DNA from: an uncultured Flavonifractor sp.
Lineage (GTDB): Bacteria; Bacillota; Clostridia; Oscillospirales; Oscillospiraceae
Assembly: GCA_944385625.1 (NCBI GenBank)
Contig: CALWXZ010000001.1
Coordinates: 28,130 to 92,129, forward strand
DNA length: 64,000 nucleotides
Direction: 5' to 3'
In this document: positions 9,479 through 19,187 of the stretch, in pieces
How the letters are laid out: every line of letters starts with the position of its first letter
Numbering within the stretch: the first letter of the stretch is position 1
Translations under genes and position numbers: made by a program
The notes under the pieces: model-generated
Seen by the model: the letters and a program-made list of their open reading frames with translations, nothing else
Database searches by the model: none
Told to the model about the DNA's origin: nothing

Positions 9479-9505
9479 ATATCGACCAATTTTAAGGGAA
9501 ATTAA
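9479..9505 (-). promoter_or_regulatory. Sigma28 (FliA/SigD) promoter of fapA-cheX-cheY
   Basis: TTAA-N15-GTCGATAT on the minus strand. Confidence 0.75.
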
Positions 9506-9587
9506 TATCCTTCTGTCCACAGGCAAAAATAAATTTCAAGGTCCGTCAAATCCGCTCCCTCCGCCCCGCCGTTTTCCTTCCACACAA

Positions 9588-9623
9588 AAAGAAACCGGAG
9601 CCTTGGTCTGCTCCGGTTTCTTT
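9588..9623. terminator. Bidirectional-type terminator after the SLH protein gene
   Basis: AAAGAAACCGGAGC/GCTCCGGTTTCTTT inverted repeat. Confidence 0.8.
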
Positions 9624-9634
9624 GCTGTCTGTTT

Positions 9635-12600
9635 TTACAGGGTTACAGATCGGGCCAAAAGCACCGCCGCTTCCGCCCGGGACATGGTCTGTCCGGGGCG
9701 CAGCTGATTCTGGCTGTTACCCAAAAGCAGGCCGTTTTTCACCAGCACGGACATGGGCCCTCTGGCGTAGGAGGACACGCTCTGCCAGTCGGAATAGCCG
9801 TACAGGGCGCTCTCCTGCTGAGCGCCGATGCTCCAGCCGGTGGCCACCATGGCACGATAGAGCATGGTGGCCGCAGCCTCCCTGGTGATGGCCTCGTCGG
9901 GGCGGAAGGTGCCGTCGGGACAGCCCGACACGATGCCCAGCGCATAGGCTTTACGAACTGCGCTTGCGTAGTAGGCGTCCGCCGGCACATCGGAGAAGCT
10001 CTTGTCCCCGGTGCCGGGGAACTCAAAGGCCCGATCCATCATCACCAGAAAGCTGCCCCGGGTGATGGACGCCTGGGGAGAGTAGATCCCGGCTTGGGTG
10101 CCGCTGACCACCCCGTTCTCATACAGAAAGTCCACCGCCGCCGTAGCCCAGCTGGCACTGCCCAGATCGGTGAAATGGCGGGACGTGGTGTTGGGGGTGA
10201 CCTGGATGTTTACGCTCCCCTGGTAGGTGGCGCCCTTGGAGTCGGTGGCCGTGTAGTTCAAAGAGACCGTCCCCTGGAACCCGACCAAGGGCACAAAGGA
10301 GATCTCCGACAGATTGGGCGTGGAGGAGGGGTAGTACACGGCCGTGGAGCGCACCTGGCTGTTGGTGGCGTGGATGCCATTGTAGCCGTAGTAGAGCCGC
10401 CCGCCATGCAGCTGGCCCACCCCGGTGAACTGCACAGATTTCAGGGTTCCCCCGCCCCGCTGATTGCAGGCGCTCACAAAGTCCGCCGCCCGGAAGGTCA
10501 CGGGATTGTAGGCGGTGGAGTAGGTGATGCTGCCCGCCTGTTTCTGGGCAACAGTAATGGTCACTGTGCCGGAGAACTGACGTCCCTCGGTGCTCCGGCC
10601 GGTAAAGTTCAGGGAGAAGGTACCGGCATAACTGCTGTTGGGCACAAAACTCACCCGATCCAGGTAGGGAGAGGAGGCGCTGTAATAATTCCGGGAGGCA
10701 CTCACCTTGCTGCTGTAGCTGCCGGATGAGGTGTAGCTGTAGTACAGGGTGCCCTGGGAGGCGGCGGGCAGCGTGAAACGCACATAGTCCAGGTCGTCTC
10801 CGGTGACCGTGCGGCAGTAGTCGTCAAAGTCGCCATCCTGGAAGGTGAGCACGCTGCCGCCTGCCACCTGATAGTTCAGAGGATTTTGGGTCGTACCCAC
10901 GTCGATCTCCACCACACCGCTGAATTTTTCCTTCTTGGTGTTCCAGGCGGTAAAGTCGATGGTTACCGTGCCGGTAAAGGAGTCGTCAGCCACAAAGGTA
11001 ATGTTATCCAGCCGGGGGGTGGAGGACCGGTAGTAGCTTCGGCTCTCGGACACCTTGCTGTCATAATTACCAGGTGAGGTGTACTTATAATACAAGGTGC
11101 CCCGAGAAGATGCCGGCAGGGTGAAGCGCACATAGCTCAGGTTGCTGCCGGTCAGGTCCTGGGACAGATTATTAAAGTCGTTGTCGTCGAGGGTGACCGT
11201 CCCTCCGCGGTAAGTGGAGTAGCGCACCGTGCCGCTGCCCTGGGAGGAGACGGAAATCCCCACCTGACCGGAAAAACGGTTCCCCTGGCTGTCCCAGCCG
11301 GTAAAGGGAATGGCCACCGTTCCGGCGTAGTCCTTGCTGGCCACGAAGGTGACGTTGTCCAAATAGAGAGAGGAGGAGCGGTAATAGTTCCGATCCTCGG
11401 TCACCAGGGATGCGTAATTCCCGTCGGAGGTGTAGTTATAGTACAGGGTGCCCTGGGAGGACGGGGGCAGCTCAAAACGCACCCGGTTCAGGCTATAACC
11501 GGTGAGGTCCCGGGACAGGCTGTTAAAATCGCTGTCGTCGAAGGTAACCCGGCCGCCCTGACTGATGGAGTAGGTGATATCACCGGAAGCCACAGCGGCC
11601 TTGACCTGGATGGACACCCGCCCCCGGAAGGAGGCGCCGTTGACGGCATACCCGGTGTAAGGGATGGTGACGGTGCCCGAGGTACCGGCCTTGGGGAGGA
11701 AGTACACATCCTCCAGATTGGGGCTGCCGCTATATTTGTACTTGGTGCTGACCGACACCGGGTTGCCGGGATAGCTGTCGGAGCGGTAGCCCTCATAGAG
11801 GGTACCCCGGCTCTCGTCAGGAAGTGTGAAGGTGACATAGCTCAGGTCTCCGCCGGTCTGCTGACGGCAGACCAGCGCAAAGTCGGAGGCCTCGAACTGC
11901 ACCACGTTGCCGTTGCCCGAGGTGTAGGTCACGTCGTCGGGCGCGTCCACGGTGACCTCGATGGTCCCCTGGAAGAAGTCGCCGTCCGAGGCGTAGCCGG
12001 TATAGTAGATGACAGCGGTGCCCTCAAAGTCGGACTTGGGGACAAAGGTGATGTTGTTCAGTCCCTCCTGTCCGTTCCCAGGGCTGACATAGTAATTTGC
12101 GCTGGAGGCCACCCCGTCGCCGGTGTTCCCCTCGGAGACGTAGTTATAGTAGAGGGTGCCCTGCTGGGTGGATACGGACAGGGCGCTGACGTAGCGCAGG
12201 GATTTTTCCAGTACATTGCTGCTCTGAGTCCGCAGTTCGGAGAGCAGGGAGGAAAAGGACAGCGGGTCGCCTGTGGTGGCTGAGGCGTGGATCACGTCGG
12301 CAGTGGCCTTTTCTACGGTGATTTTCACGGTATCTTTGTAATTTGAATATCCGTTAATACTGACCGTAATGGTCGCCGTGCCCACGCTCTTGGGATACAG
12401 GTAGCCCTGGTTGACGTCCACCACGTCTCTGTCGTCGCTGATCCAGGTGACCTCCTGCTTTTGCAGCGAGTCGCCGTAGATCGTATATGCCAAGGTGTCA
12501 TTTTTTCCCACCCGAAGGGTTCGTTCCTCATCGGCCAGGACGATGCCCTGGACCTGCACCAGGCACTCCGTCTGTAGTCCGTTGGCGGAGGCGAAGATGG

Positions 12601-13246
12601 TTGTCTCACCGGCAGACACGCCGGTGACCGTGGCGGTGGTGGAAGGATCATTGGCCTCCACGGTGGCCACGGCGGCATCCTTGGTGGCCCAGGTTACAGT
12701 TTGATCGGCCGTTTCCGGGGTGACCGTGGCGCTGAGCAGGTTTGTCTGCTTAGGGGGCAGCTCCACGGTCTGAGGCACAACCGTGATACCGGCCGCGTCG
12801 TTGGGCGAGACCGTTATATTACAGGTGTCCGTAGGCAGCGCCTTACCGTCCGCCAGCGTCACCGTCACGGTAATGCTTACCTCTTTGATGGTATCGTCCG
12901 TATCCGCTGTTTTGAGGGCCTCCACGGTAGCCGTCAGGCTGCCCTCTTGGGGGGAGACGCTGACCTCATCCGGGTCTGTGCTCTCCCAGGTTACGCGGGT
13001 CCCCTCCGGGATGTCACTGACCGTACTTCCATCCTGGGCCTTCAATGTGACGGTCAGCGTCCCTTTTTCTCCCTCCTTCAAGGCCATGGTATGCTGGTCC
13101 AGGGAGGCGCTGGCAAGGGTAACAGGGGTTTCCGCCGTGGTGCCGCCGCTGCCCTCGCCCTCGGCCGCAGCCGCGGGGACCATGGACATCAGCATTCCCA
13201 GCGCCAGCAGAAGGGCCGGCAGACGAGTTTTTACGCGCTTTTGCAT
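9635..13246 (-). CDS. Secreted S-layer homology protein with Ig-like (Big_2) domains, six ~117-aa repeats and C-terminal SLH domains
   Basis: Signal peptide; SLH motifs (FTDLGSASWA...ITRG, FSDVPADAYY...ITRE, MSRAEAA); repeats share GTLYY...L..(I/V).F....F.GT...Y/F. Confidence 0.85.
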   Translation of the reverse strand: MQKRVKTRLPALLLALGMLMSMVPAAAAEGEGSGGTTAETPVTLASASLDQHTMALKEGEKGTLTVTLKAQDGSTVSDIPEGTRVTWESTDPDEVSVSPQEGSLTATVEALKTADTDDTIKEVSITVTVTLADGKALPTDTCNITVSPNDAAGITVVPQTVELPPKQTNLLSATVTPETADQTVTWATKDAAVATVEANDPSTTATVTGVSAGETTIFASANGLQTECLVQVQGIVLADEERTLRVGKNDTLAYTIYGDSLQKQEVTWISDDRDVVDVNQGYLYPKSVGTATITVSINGYSNYKDTVKITVEKATADVIHASATTGDPLSFSSLLSELRTQSSNVLEKSLRYVSALSVSTQQGTLYYNYVSEGNTGDGVASSANYYVSPGNGQEGLNNITFVPKSDFEGTAVIYYTGYASDGDFFQGTIEVTVDAPDDVTYTSGNGNVVQFEASDFALVCRQQTGGDLSYVTFTLPDESRGTLYEGYRSDSYPGNPVSVSTKYKYSGSPNLEDVYFLPKAGTSGTVTIPYTGYAVNGASFRGRVSIQVKAAVASGDITYSISQGGRVTFDDSDFNSLSRDLTGYSLNRVRFELPPSSQGTLYYNYTSDGNYASLVTEDRNYYRSSSLYLDNVTFVASKDYAGTVAIPFTGWDSQGNRFSGQVGISVSSQGSGTVRYSTYRGGTVTLDDNDFNNLSQDLTGSNLSYVRFTLPASSRGTLYYKYTSPGNYDSKVSESRSYYRSSTPRLDNITFVADDSFTGTVTIDFTAWNTKKEKFSGVVEIDVGTTQNPLNYQVAGGSVLTFQDGDFDDYCRTVTGDDLDYVRFTLPAASQGTLYYSYTSSGSYSSKVSASRNYYSASSPYLDRVSFVPNSSYAGTFSLNFTGRSTEGRQFSGTVTITVAQKQAGSITYSTAYNPVTFRAADFVSACNQRGGGTLKSVQFTGVGQLHGGRLYYGYNGIHATNSQVRSTAVYYPSSTPNLSEISFVPLVGFQGTVSLNYTATDSKGATYQGSVNIQVTPNTTSRHFTDLGSASWATAAVDFLYENGVVSGTQAGIYSPQASITRGSFLVMMDRAFEFPGTGDKSFSDVPADAYYASAVRKAYALGIVSGCPDGTFRPDEAITREAAATMLYRAMVATGWSIGAQQESALYGYSDWQSVSSYARGPMSVLVKNGLLLGNSQNQLRPGQTMSRAEAAVLLARSVTL
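10185..12301 (-). repeat. Six tandem ~117-aa (about 350 bp) beta-sandwich repeats inside the SLH protein
   Basis: Manual alignment of the translated units; DNA is diverged. Confidence 0.8.
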
Positions 13247-13279
13247 CCAAATTCCTCCTTTGGATTGCTGTCAGTCAGA

Positions 13280-13306
13280 ACGGGCGGGCAGAATCTGCCC
13301 GCCCGT
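13280..13306. other. 12-bp GC-rich hairpin between the two SLH genes, without U-tract
   Basis: ACGGGCGGGCAG-AAT-CTGCCCGCCCGT. Confidence 0.6.
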
Positions 13307-13321
13307 CGTGCAACGGTTCTG

Positions 13322-16300
13322 TCAGTTGGGGCGATAATCACCGCTGATGACTTCAAACTCTGCCGTCTGGAAAAAGTCCGTTACGCCGCCTTTTCCAACC
13401 TTAAACTGGAGCGTAAAGGCCTGCTTTGTTCCGTTCATGGCGGCGTCGCTGAGCACGCCGATGTTTGACAGGGTGAAAGTCGCACCGTCTCCAATATCGG
13501 TAAATTCAATGGTAAAGGTACGGGTTGGGGACTGGAGCCGGTTGGAAACAGAGAATCCCGCAGGGGAGCCTGCCGCGGCAATCACAGAAATATAGCTATC
13601 CGTATTCCCACGCGGCACCTGATAGACTGGCCGCAGTGTATCCTGGTCACCATTGGTGCTGTTAGGCAGGTAGTCCATATAGTAGATGGGCTCGTTGAAT
13701 TGAAGGGTCAGCGTTCCGGAATACAGGTTTTCACTCGGCTTGGACGCCTTCAAATCCAGTGTTCTGCTGACATAGACCAAATAGGGCGGCTCACGGTCGG
13801 GAATGTGAACATTGTCCACAGCCTTGAAGGAATACGCGCTGCCCAGCGTATTCTGGGCCACCGCCAGGCAGTAGAAATAGGTGGCATTGTCCTCGCTCTG
13901 CATGGCGGAGGTAAAGTCTACCGACTTGGAGGCGTCCTTCACCGTCTCCAGCTTACCCGTTGCCACGGGGGTTCCTCCGCCCGTTTTCCGCCGCTGGATA
14001 ATCTCCTGTACCTCATCTTTGGCAGTCTGACTGGCATAATAGTCAAAATACGACTCTCCGGTGGCCGGGTCCCAAGTGGTAAGCATGGCATCCAGAATTG
14101 TCATCGGGTCCCCGTTGGCATCTTTGGGTCCGTTCTCCTGAAAGCTATCGTCCAGATAATTGCCCGTCAGGCCCTGTTTAAAGAGACTGGGCAGCTGGTT
14201 GGGGGCAAACAGCGCATAGTCCAGATCCGCATTCTCCGAGGTGGTGAAGGACACATCGGGATTGGGGGCTTCCAGCGTGATGTAGGGGATGTCCACCTCG
14301 GAGGTCTCAAACCGATAGGCGTACACATCTGAATAGGTTTGGTTGGAGTTGCCGCGGAGGACAAAATAGGCGATATAGTTCGTATTGGGTTCCAGATCCT
14401 CCACCATCTTCTCAATCTCGGAGGGGCCAAGGGTGGTGGAGCCGTACTTAATCCGAGGATTGGCGGCATAGGTGGTGCTGGCATTTACCACATCCAGTCT
14501 TGCTGGCGTGGAAATCTCCTGCTGATAGAGGAAGTTTGTCCCCTCATAATAGCCTTCCTGCGGCAGCTTATCATAGTCCTTCGAGACATCGGAGAAATTG
14601 CAGCTCTTGCCGCTTTCATCCTTGCCCGTTGTGGGGATGGTTCCCACGGGCGCCACCACATAGTAGAGGGTGCCGGGCCGGTCAAGCATGAGGTACATAT
14701 CCACCGCCGAGGACCCCGCTGCAAAGGTGGGATGGTTGCTGGCAAAAACAGGCGGCGTCTGGTCGCTGAACTGTTTGACCAGATTGAAGTCGTCCGGCTG
14801 GCCGATGTTGGTCAGGGCCGAGGGCACCATATCATTGTAGTTGGCCACCGTCAGGTTGTTGGCCAGGGTCTGAAGGCTGTTGGTATCGCCCGCCAGGATA
14901 TTGACGCCGATGTTGAGCCGCTGGCTCCAGGTATCCGGGTCCGTAAGGCTGCCAATCTGAGTAAAATGAATGGCGTACTCGTACTCGGCGTTCTCTTTCA
15001 GCGTATTGAGCTGGGCAAAATCCGGGGCATTGGAGGGGTCCAGGAAGTGCCGTGTGAGGCTGACGCCTACCCGGTTGCTGCCGTCGGGGACCGTAACCGT
15101 ATAGCTGCCCAGCAGCTTCCACTGGGCCTGGGCCCCTTTGCCGGTCTCCGTATTCCGGTAATAGAGCTCAAAGGCCGCGCTGGTGTCCGACCAGATCACC
15201 ATATCCCAGTTGATGCTGTCGGCGGTGTTCTCGGTAGTCATGGGGGTGAGCTTCCAGCTTACATCCACACGATTTTCCCTGTCATTCTTTTCGTCAATCT
15301 CTAAACTGGTGATATTGGGGTTACTCAGGTTCACAATGGAAAAAACCGTCTTAAAGGAGTCCAGGGTGGTCTTTCCCATGACGTTCTTTGTCTCAGAGGT
15401 GTCGGCGATGGTGTTGGGTTCAATCTCAAAGTAATACTCCACGCCGCTCTGCAGGTTAAGCGCGCTCACATCATCCGCGTCTTTGGTGGGGAAGGTGACG
15501 ACCGTCTTGCCGTCCTCCAGGGTGATCTCGGCGTAGCGGTAATCAATGACCCACTCGTCCCGGGTCTTGTCCGTACTGCTTATGGCCTCCGGTACCACCT
15601 CAGGCCGGCCGTTTCCGGTATTGGCATAGAGCTTGATACTGTTGCGCAGGAAGTTGGCCATGGTCTCCCGGGCCGCCCCGTCATTGCCGCCCGACTGGAC
15701 GACATTCTGATACAGCTGCACCAGGCTGGTATTGGTATCCACCGTCTGCACCGCCTCGCTGAACACCAGACGGATATCCGTGTTGGGGTAAGGCGTAGTC
15801 GTGTCGGTGCCGTTGTACTTGGTAAACTCCTGCTTCACGGCAGGTGCATTGGGGTCCAGGGTATGAATGGTGGTCTTGCCCACGACGGCGGAGTAGTTGC
15901 CCGCCTTGTCCTGCGCGATGTAGTAGAGGTCGTAGGCCTTTTCCGCAGTAAGGCCGCTGACGGTAAAGCTGACGTCCCTCCCTTCGGTCATGCTGACCTT
16001 GCCGCTTTTCAGGGCGTTCATGCCGGCCGACACCTGCAGCTTGGCGGTGTCGCTGCTCAGATCCACCGCGCCGCTCTGGCCCGCCAGAGGCTTGGGGTAC
16101 TCCTCGCCCTGGGCCACCACCACCCAGTACAGGGTGCCGGCCTCGTTCAGGTTGGCATACAGGCCCACCGAGGTCTTGTCCACCTTGTTGACGGTAGGCT
16201 GGGTATTGAACACCGGAGGTGTGCCGTCCACGGTGGTGAAGTTCAGCTTCTTCACCGCCGAGCTCTGGCCGTTGTCCGCGTCGGTGAGCCACAGATACAG

Positions 16301-18238
16301 ATCATAGCTCTCCAGCTCGTCCAGAGGCACGTTGTTTACGTCAAAGCTGTACGCGGTATTCTTGCGCACATCCATGCTGCCAAAGCCCAGGTTGCCGCTT
16401 ATCGCGTTGGCCTTGAAGTCGTTGGCGGTGGGGGCGCTGGCGCCCTTGGGCAGCACCGCCCAGTACAGGCGGCAGCTCTTGGTGGCCATGGTGGTCACCT
16501 GGGCGGAGTTTCTGGTGATCTTGGACAGATAGGGATACCCGGAGGCAAAGTTCGGCTTGGTGTTGTCCGGGGTGGTGAAGGAGATGACCTTCAGGGGACT
16601 GCGCTCCCCCCGGGCGTCAACAAAGACGGCGGAGAGATAGTAAGAGCCGCCGGAGGTCAGGCCGCTGATTTTGGACGAGCTCTCCTTGCCCGCTCCGGTG
16701 AGAGAGACGGTGCCCCTCTTGACCACCTTGGGGCTGTAAGCCGAGGGGTTCATCAGCTCGTCCGCCGTCACCGACCCGTCGGCCACCGCGGTCAGGACCC
16801 AGTGTACGGTGCCCTTCTTGTTGGCGCTGAACACCGCCGTGCCGCTGGTGGGCGCCAGATCCTTCATCTGGGGATAGCCGGCATACAGGCGGGGGTCCGC
16901 AGAGGACTCCGCCGCCGCCGCGCTGTCCATCAGCTCGCCGTTGATGTTGGCGGTGTTGCCCGGTCGAATGACAATCTGATCGGGGAGCATGGTCACGGTG
17001 CTGCCGTCGGAGTTGACGGTGAGCTTGCCAATGTCGCCCCCGCCGGTCACATCCACTCCGGTGTCCAGATTCACATTGTCCACCCGGCTGCCCGCGGCGA
17101 TATTCAGGGTGGAATCCTCGGCGTTTTCATCCACCGTGATGGCGCTGGCCTGGCCGCTGGCCAGAGACACCGAGGTGTTAGGCGCCTTATTGATAACCTC
17201 CTTCACATTGCCCGCCAGGGTGAGGGCCTGATCCTCCTCCCCGTCCATGGTGATGTTGGCAATGCCGCAGCCGTCCACGGTGTTGTCCGCCAGATAGGCG
17301 CTGGTGCGGATGTAGGCCTGGTCGATCTCGCCGTCGCCCTCCACCTTCAGGGACAGCAGGTGGTTGTCCAGATTGTCCACCAGCAGCTCGGGCGCGGTGA
17401 CGTTGCGCAGGATGATGCTGTCCTCGCCGCCCTCACTGGTGCCGCCGCCGCTCACCACGATCTGGCCCAGCACGGTCACGTTCTCCAGGGTCACATGGCC
17501 CAGATCCACGCCTTCGGTGATGTACAGGTCGCCGCCGATAACGGTGTCGCGCAGGGTGGTTCCAGACTGGTTAATGGTCACGTTGCCCCACACGCTGCCC
17601 AGGGTGTAGTCCCCCGCCTTCATGAGCGGGGTGCCCAGAGCATTGACCAGAATGATGGCTGCCTGGCCCCGTGTCAGGTTGTCCTTGGGACCGAAACGGC
17701 CGTCAGGATAGCCGGCGATCAGCCCCTGTTGGGCGGCAGAGGCGATATAGCCCCGGCTCCAGTTGGCCATGCTGCGGTTGTCGGTGAACGTAGTGTCCTC
17801 GCCCACCTGAGGCTGGATCATCAAGATCCGGGCCAGGATCAGCACCGCCTGCTCCCGGGTGATGTTGCTGTTGGGGGAGAAGGTGGTGGCGGAGGTGCCG
17901 ACAATATAGCCTGTGTTGTAGGCAATGCCCACATCCTCGGCATACCAGGCGTTTTCCGGCACATCCCGGAAGGGTGTGGGACCCGTCTTGTCATAACCAA
18001 AAGCCCGGTTGACCATGGTGGCAAACTCCGCCCGGGTAATATAGTTGTTTTCATTCAGGTTGCCTGCCAGGTCCCCCCGCATGACGCCCCATTCCACGAC
18101 CTTATCCAAGTAGGGCTGCATATAGGAGGCGGCACTGGCCGCCGTACTCATCGCCAAAGACAGGATCACGACCAGCAGCCAGACATACGTCCGGCCCGCC
18201 AGCCGCTTCATCCGTTTCATCCACCCTGTCATGCACAT
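13322..18238 (-). CDS. Large S-layer homology protein: N-terminal 3xSLH, beta-rich region, about four Fn3-like repeats
   Basis: Signal peptide; ITRAEFATMV, FRDVPENAWY, ITREQA, LTRGQA SLH motifs; repeated P.F...P...GTLYWV...Y.LY....D units; exact start (18238/18232/18220) uncertain. Confidence 0.85.
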   Translation of the reverse strand: MCMTGWMKRMKRLAGRTYVWLLVVILSLAMSTAASAASYMQPYLDKVVEWGVMRGDLAGNLNENNYITRAEFATMVNRAFGYDKTGPTPFRDVPENAWYAEDVGIAYNTGYIVGTSATTFSPNSNITREQAVLILARILMIQPQVGEDTTFTDNRSMANWSRGYIASAAQQGLIAGYPDGRFGPKDNLTRGQAAIILVNALGTPLMKAGDYTLGSVWGNVTINQSGTTLRDTVIGGDLYITEGVDLGHVTLENVTVLGQIVVSGGGTSEGGEDSIILRNVTAPELLVDNLDNHLLSLKVEGDGEIDQAYIRTSAYLADNTVDGCGIANITMDGEEDQALTLAGNVKEVINKAPNTSVSLASGQASAITVDENAEDSTLNIAAGSRVDNVNLDTGVDVTGGGDIGKLTVNSDGSTVTMLPDQIVIRPGNTANINGELMDSAAAAESSADPRLYAGYPQMKDLAPTSGTAVFSANKKGTVHWVLTAVADGSVTADELMNPSAYSPKVVKRGTVSLTGAGKESSSKISGLTSGGSYYLSAVFVDARGERSPLKVISFTTPDNTKPNFASGYPYLSKITRNSAQVTTMATKSCRLYWAVLPKGASAPTANDFKANAISGNLGFGSMDVRKNTAYSFDVNNVPLDELESYDLYLWLTDADNGQSSAVKKLNFTTVDGTPPVFNTQPTVNKVDKTSVGLYANLNEAGTLYWVVVAQGEEYPKPLAGQSGAVDLSSDTAKLQVSAGMNALKSGKVSMTEGRDVSFTVSGLTAEKAYDLYYIAQDKAGNYSAVVGKTTIHTLDPNAPAVKQEFTKYNGTDTTTPYPNTDIRLVFSEAVQTVDTNTSLVQLYQNVVQSGGNDGAARETMANFLRNSIKLYANTGNGRPEVVPEAISSTDKTRDEWVIDYRYAEITLEDGKTVVTFPTKDADDVSALNLQSGVEYYFEIEPNTIADTSETKNVMGKTTLDSFKTVFSIVNLSNPNITSLEIDEKNDRENRVDVSWKLTPMTTENTADSINWDMVIWSDTSAAFELYYRNTETGKGAQAQWKLLGSYTVTVPDGSNRVGVSLTRHFLDPSNAPDFAQLNTLKENAEYEYAIHFTQIGSLTDPDTWSQRLNIGVNILAGDTNSLQTLANNLTVANYNDMVPSALTNIGQPDDFNLVKQFSDQTPPVFASNHPTFAAGSSAVDMYLMLDRPGTLYYVVAPVGTIPTTGKDESGKSCNFSDVSKDYDKLPQEGYYEGTNFLYQQEISTPARLDVVNASTTYAANPRIKYGSTTLGPSEIEKMVEDLEPNTNYIAYFVLRGNSNQTYSDVYAYRFETSEVDIPYITLEAPNPDVSFTTSENADLDYALFAPNQLPSLFKQGLTGNYLDDSFQENGPKDANGDPMTILDAMLTTWDPATGESYFDYYASQTAKDEVQEIIQRRKTGGGTPVATGKLETVKDASKSVDFTSAMQSEDNATYFYCLAVAQNTLGSAYSFKAVDNVHIPDREPPYLVYVSRTLDLKASKPSENLYSGTLTLQFNEPIYYMDYLPNSTNGDQDTLRPVYQVPRGNTDSYISVIAAAGSPAGFSVSNRLQSPTRTFTIEFTDIGDGATFTLSNIGVLSDAAMNGTKQAFTLQFKVGKGGVTDFFQTAEFEVISGDYRPN

Positions 18239-18271
18239 TTCGTCCTTTCAAACCAAATTTTATGCCCGAAA

Positions 18272-18853
18272 TCAGGCTTGATTTCCTTTTATCTGTAGGC
18301 TGAACACCGCCTCGCGGACCATGCTCTCCGCCTCCCGCAGCAGGGAGGAGAACCGGCCTGCGTACAGGTAGTCCTCACCCGGCTGGGAGTAGCAGCGCAG
18401 GATCTCCATATCCAGCAGCAGCGGCTGGGACGTGACGGGGATCACCACCTGCACCGCCTCCCCAATCTCCAGGGGCCGGGGGCAGTAGAAGGCCAGGCCG
18501 CCGCAGCTCAGGTCCTTGCTGACGATAGGCACCCGCCCCTTCCAGCTTCCCGACCGGGGGTAGATATAACTGACAAAACGCACCGGAATCCGCAGGTTTT
18601 TCCGCAGGGACTGCTCCAGCCGGCGCAGAGGCTCCAGCACGATGACGTTGCCGTCCCGCTGGATGATCCGCGCCTCCAGGGCGGGCACCGCGTCGGAATC
18701 ACCCACCAGGCGGAGATTGGTGTGCTTGGCCACCTCCTCCAGATCCCCGTCGTCAATGGTCATCCGCCACTTGGCCCCTTTGGGGTCGTAATCCGAAACG
18801 CCGTGGGCCACGGCGTTTCCCCGGCTGTCCAGGATCAAATACTTGTGGGCCAT
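18272..18853 (-). CDS. PilZ-domain c-di-GMP receptor (YcgR-like architecture)
   Basis: RKNLR (RxxxR) and DLSCGG (DxSxxG) motifs; ATG at 18853 with RBS GGAGG. Confidence 0.85.
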   Translation of the reverse strand: MAHKYLILDSRGNAVAHGVSDYDPKGAKWRMTIDDGDLEEVAKHTNLRLVGDSDAVPALEARIIQRDGNVIVLEPLRRLEQSLRKNLRIPVRFVSYIYPRSGSWKGRVPIVSKDLSCGGLAFYCPRPLEIGEAVQVVIPVTSQPLLLDMEILRCYSQPGEDYLYAGRFSSLLREAESMVREAVFSLQIKGNQA

Positions 18854-18872
18854 ACGCTCTCCTCCCTCTGGA

Positions 18873-19187
18873 TTATGGCTCCGGCTTTTTCTCCGGGGTA
18901 TTCCGGTTCCGGCGGAACTTCTCCGGATCTTTGGGATCAAAATTCAAAAAGTAGAGGTAAATATCCACCACCGCGTGGTACAGCTCCTCCGGGATCTCCC
19001 GGCCCAGCTCCATCTGGGTGAGCACGGTGGCCAGGGAGGAGTCCTCGTAGACCGGCACCCCGCTGTCCTCGGCCACCTCCACGATCTTCTCGGCCAGATG
19101 GCCCATACCGGAGGCCACGATGATGGGGGCTCCGTCCTCCGGGCGGTACCGCAGGGCTGCCGCCTGCTGGGTTTCAGACTTTGACAT
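18873..19187 (-). CDS. EscU/YscU/FlhB C-terminal-like small protein (YlqH-like)
   Basis: AAALRY...APIIVASGMGHLAEKIVEVA...GREIPEELYHAV. Confidence 0.88.
   Translation of the reverse strand: MSKSETQQAAALRYRPEDGAPIIVASGMGHLAEKIVEVAEDSGVPVYEDSSLATVLTQMELGREIPEELYHAVVDIYLYFLNFDPKDPEKFRRNRNTPEKKPEP

Noticed and set aside
15863-18298. Long antisense ORFs (also 3119-4828, 36368-38638, 41028-42809, 52106-53866 and others)
   Set aside because: Shadow frames of high-GC genes; they lack RBS and family motifs and lie opposite well-supported CDSs
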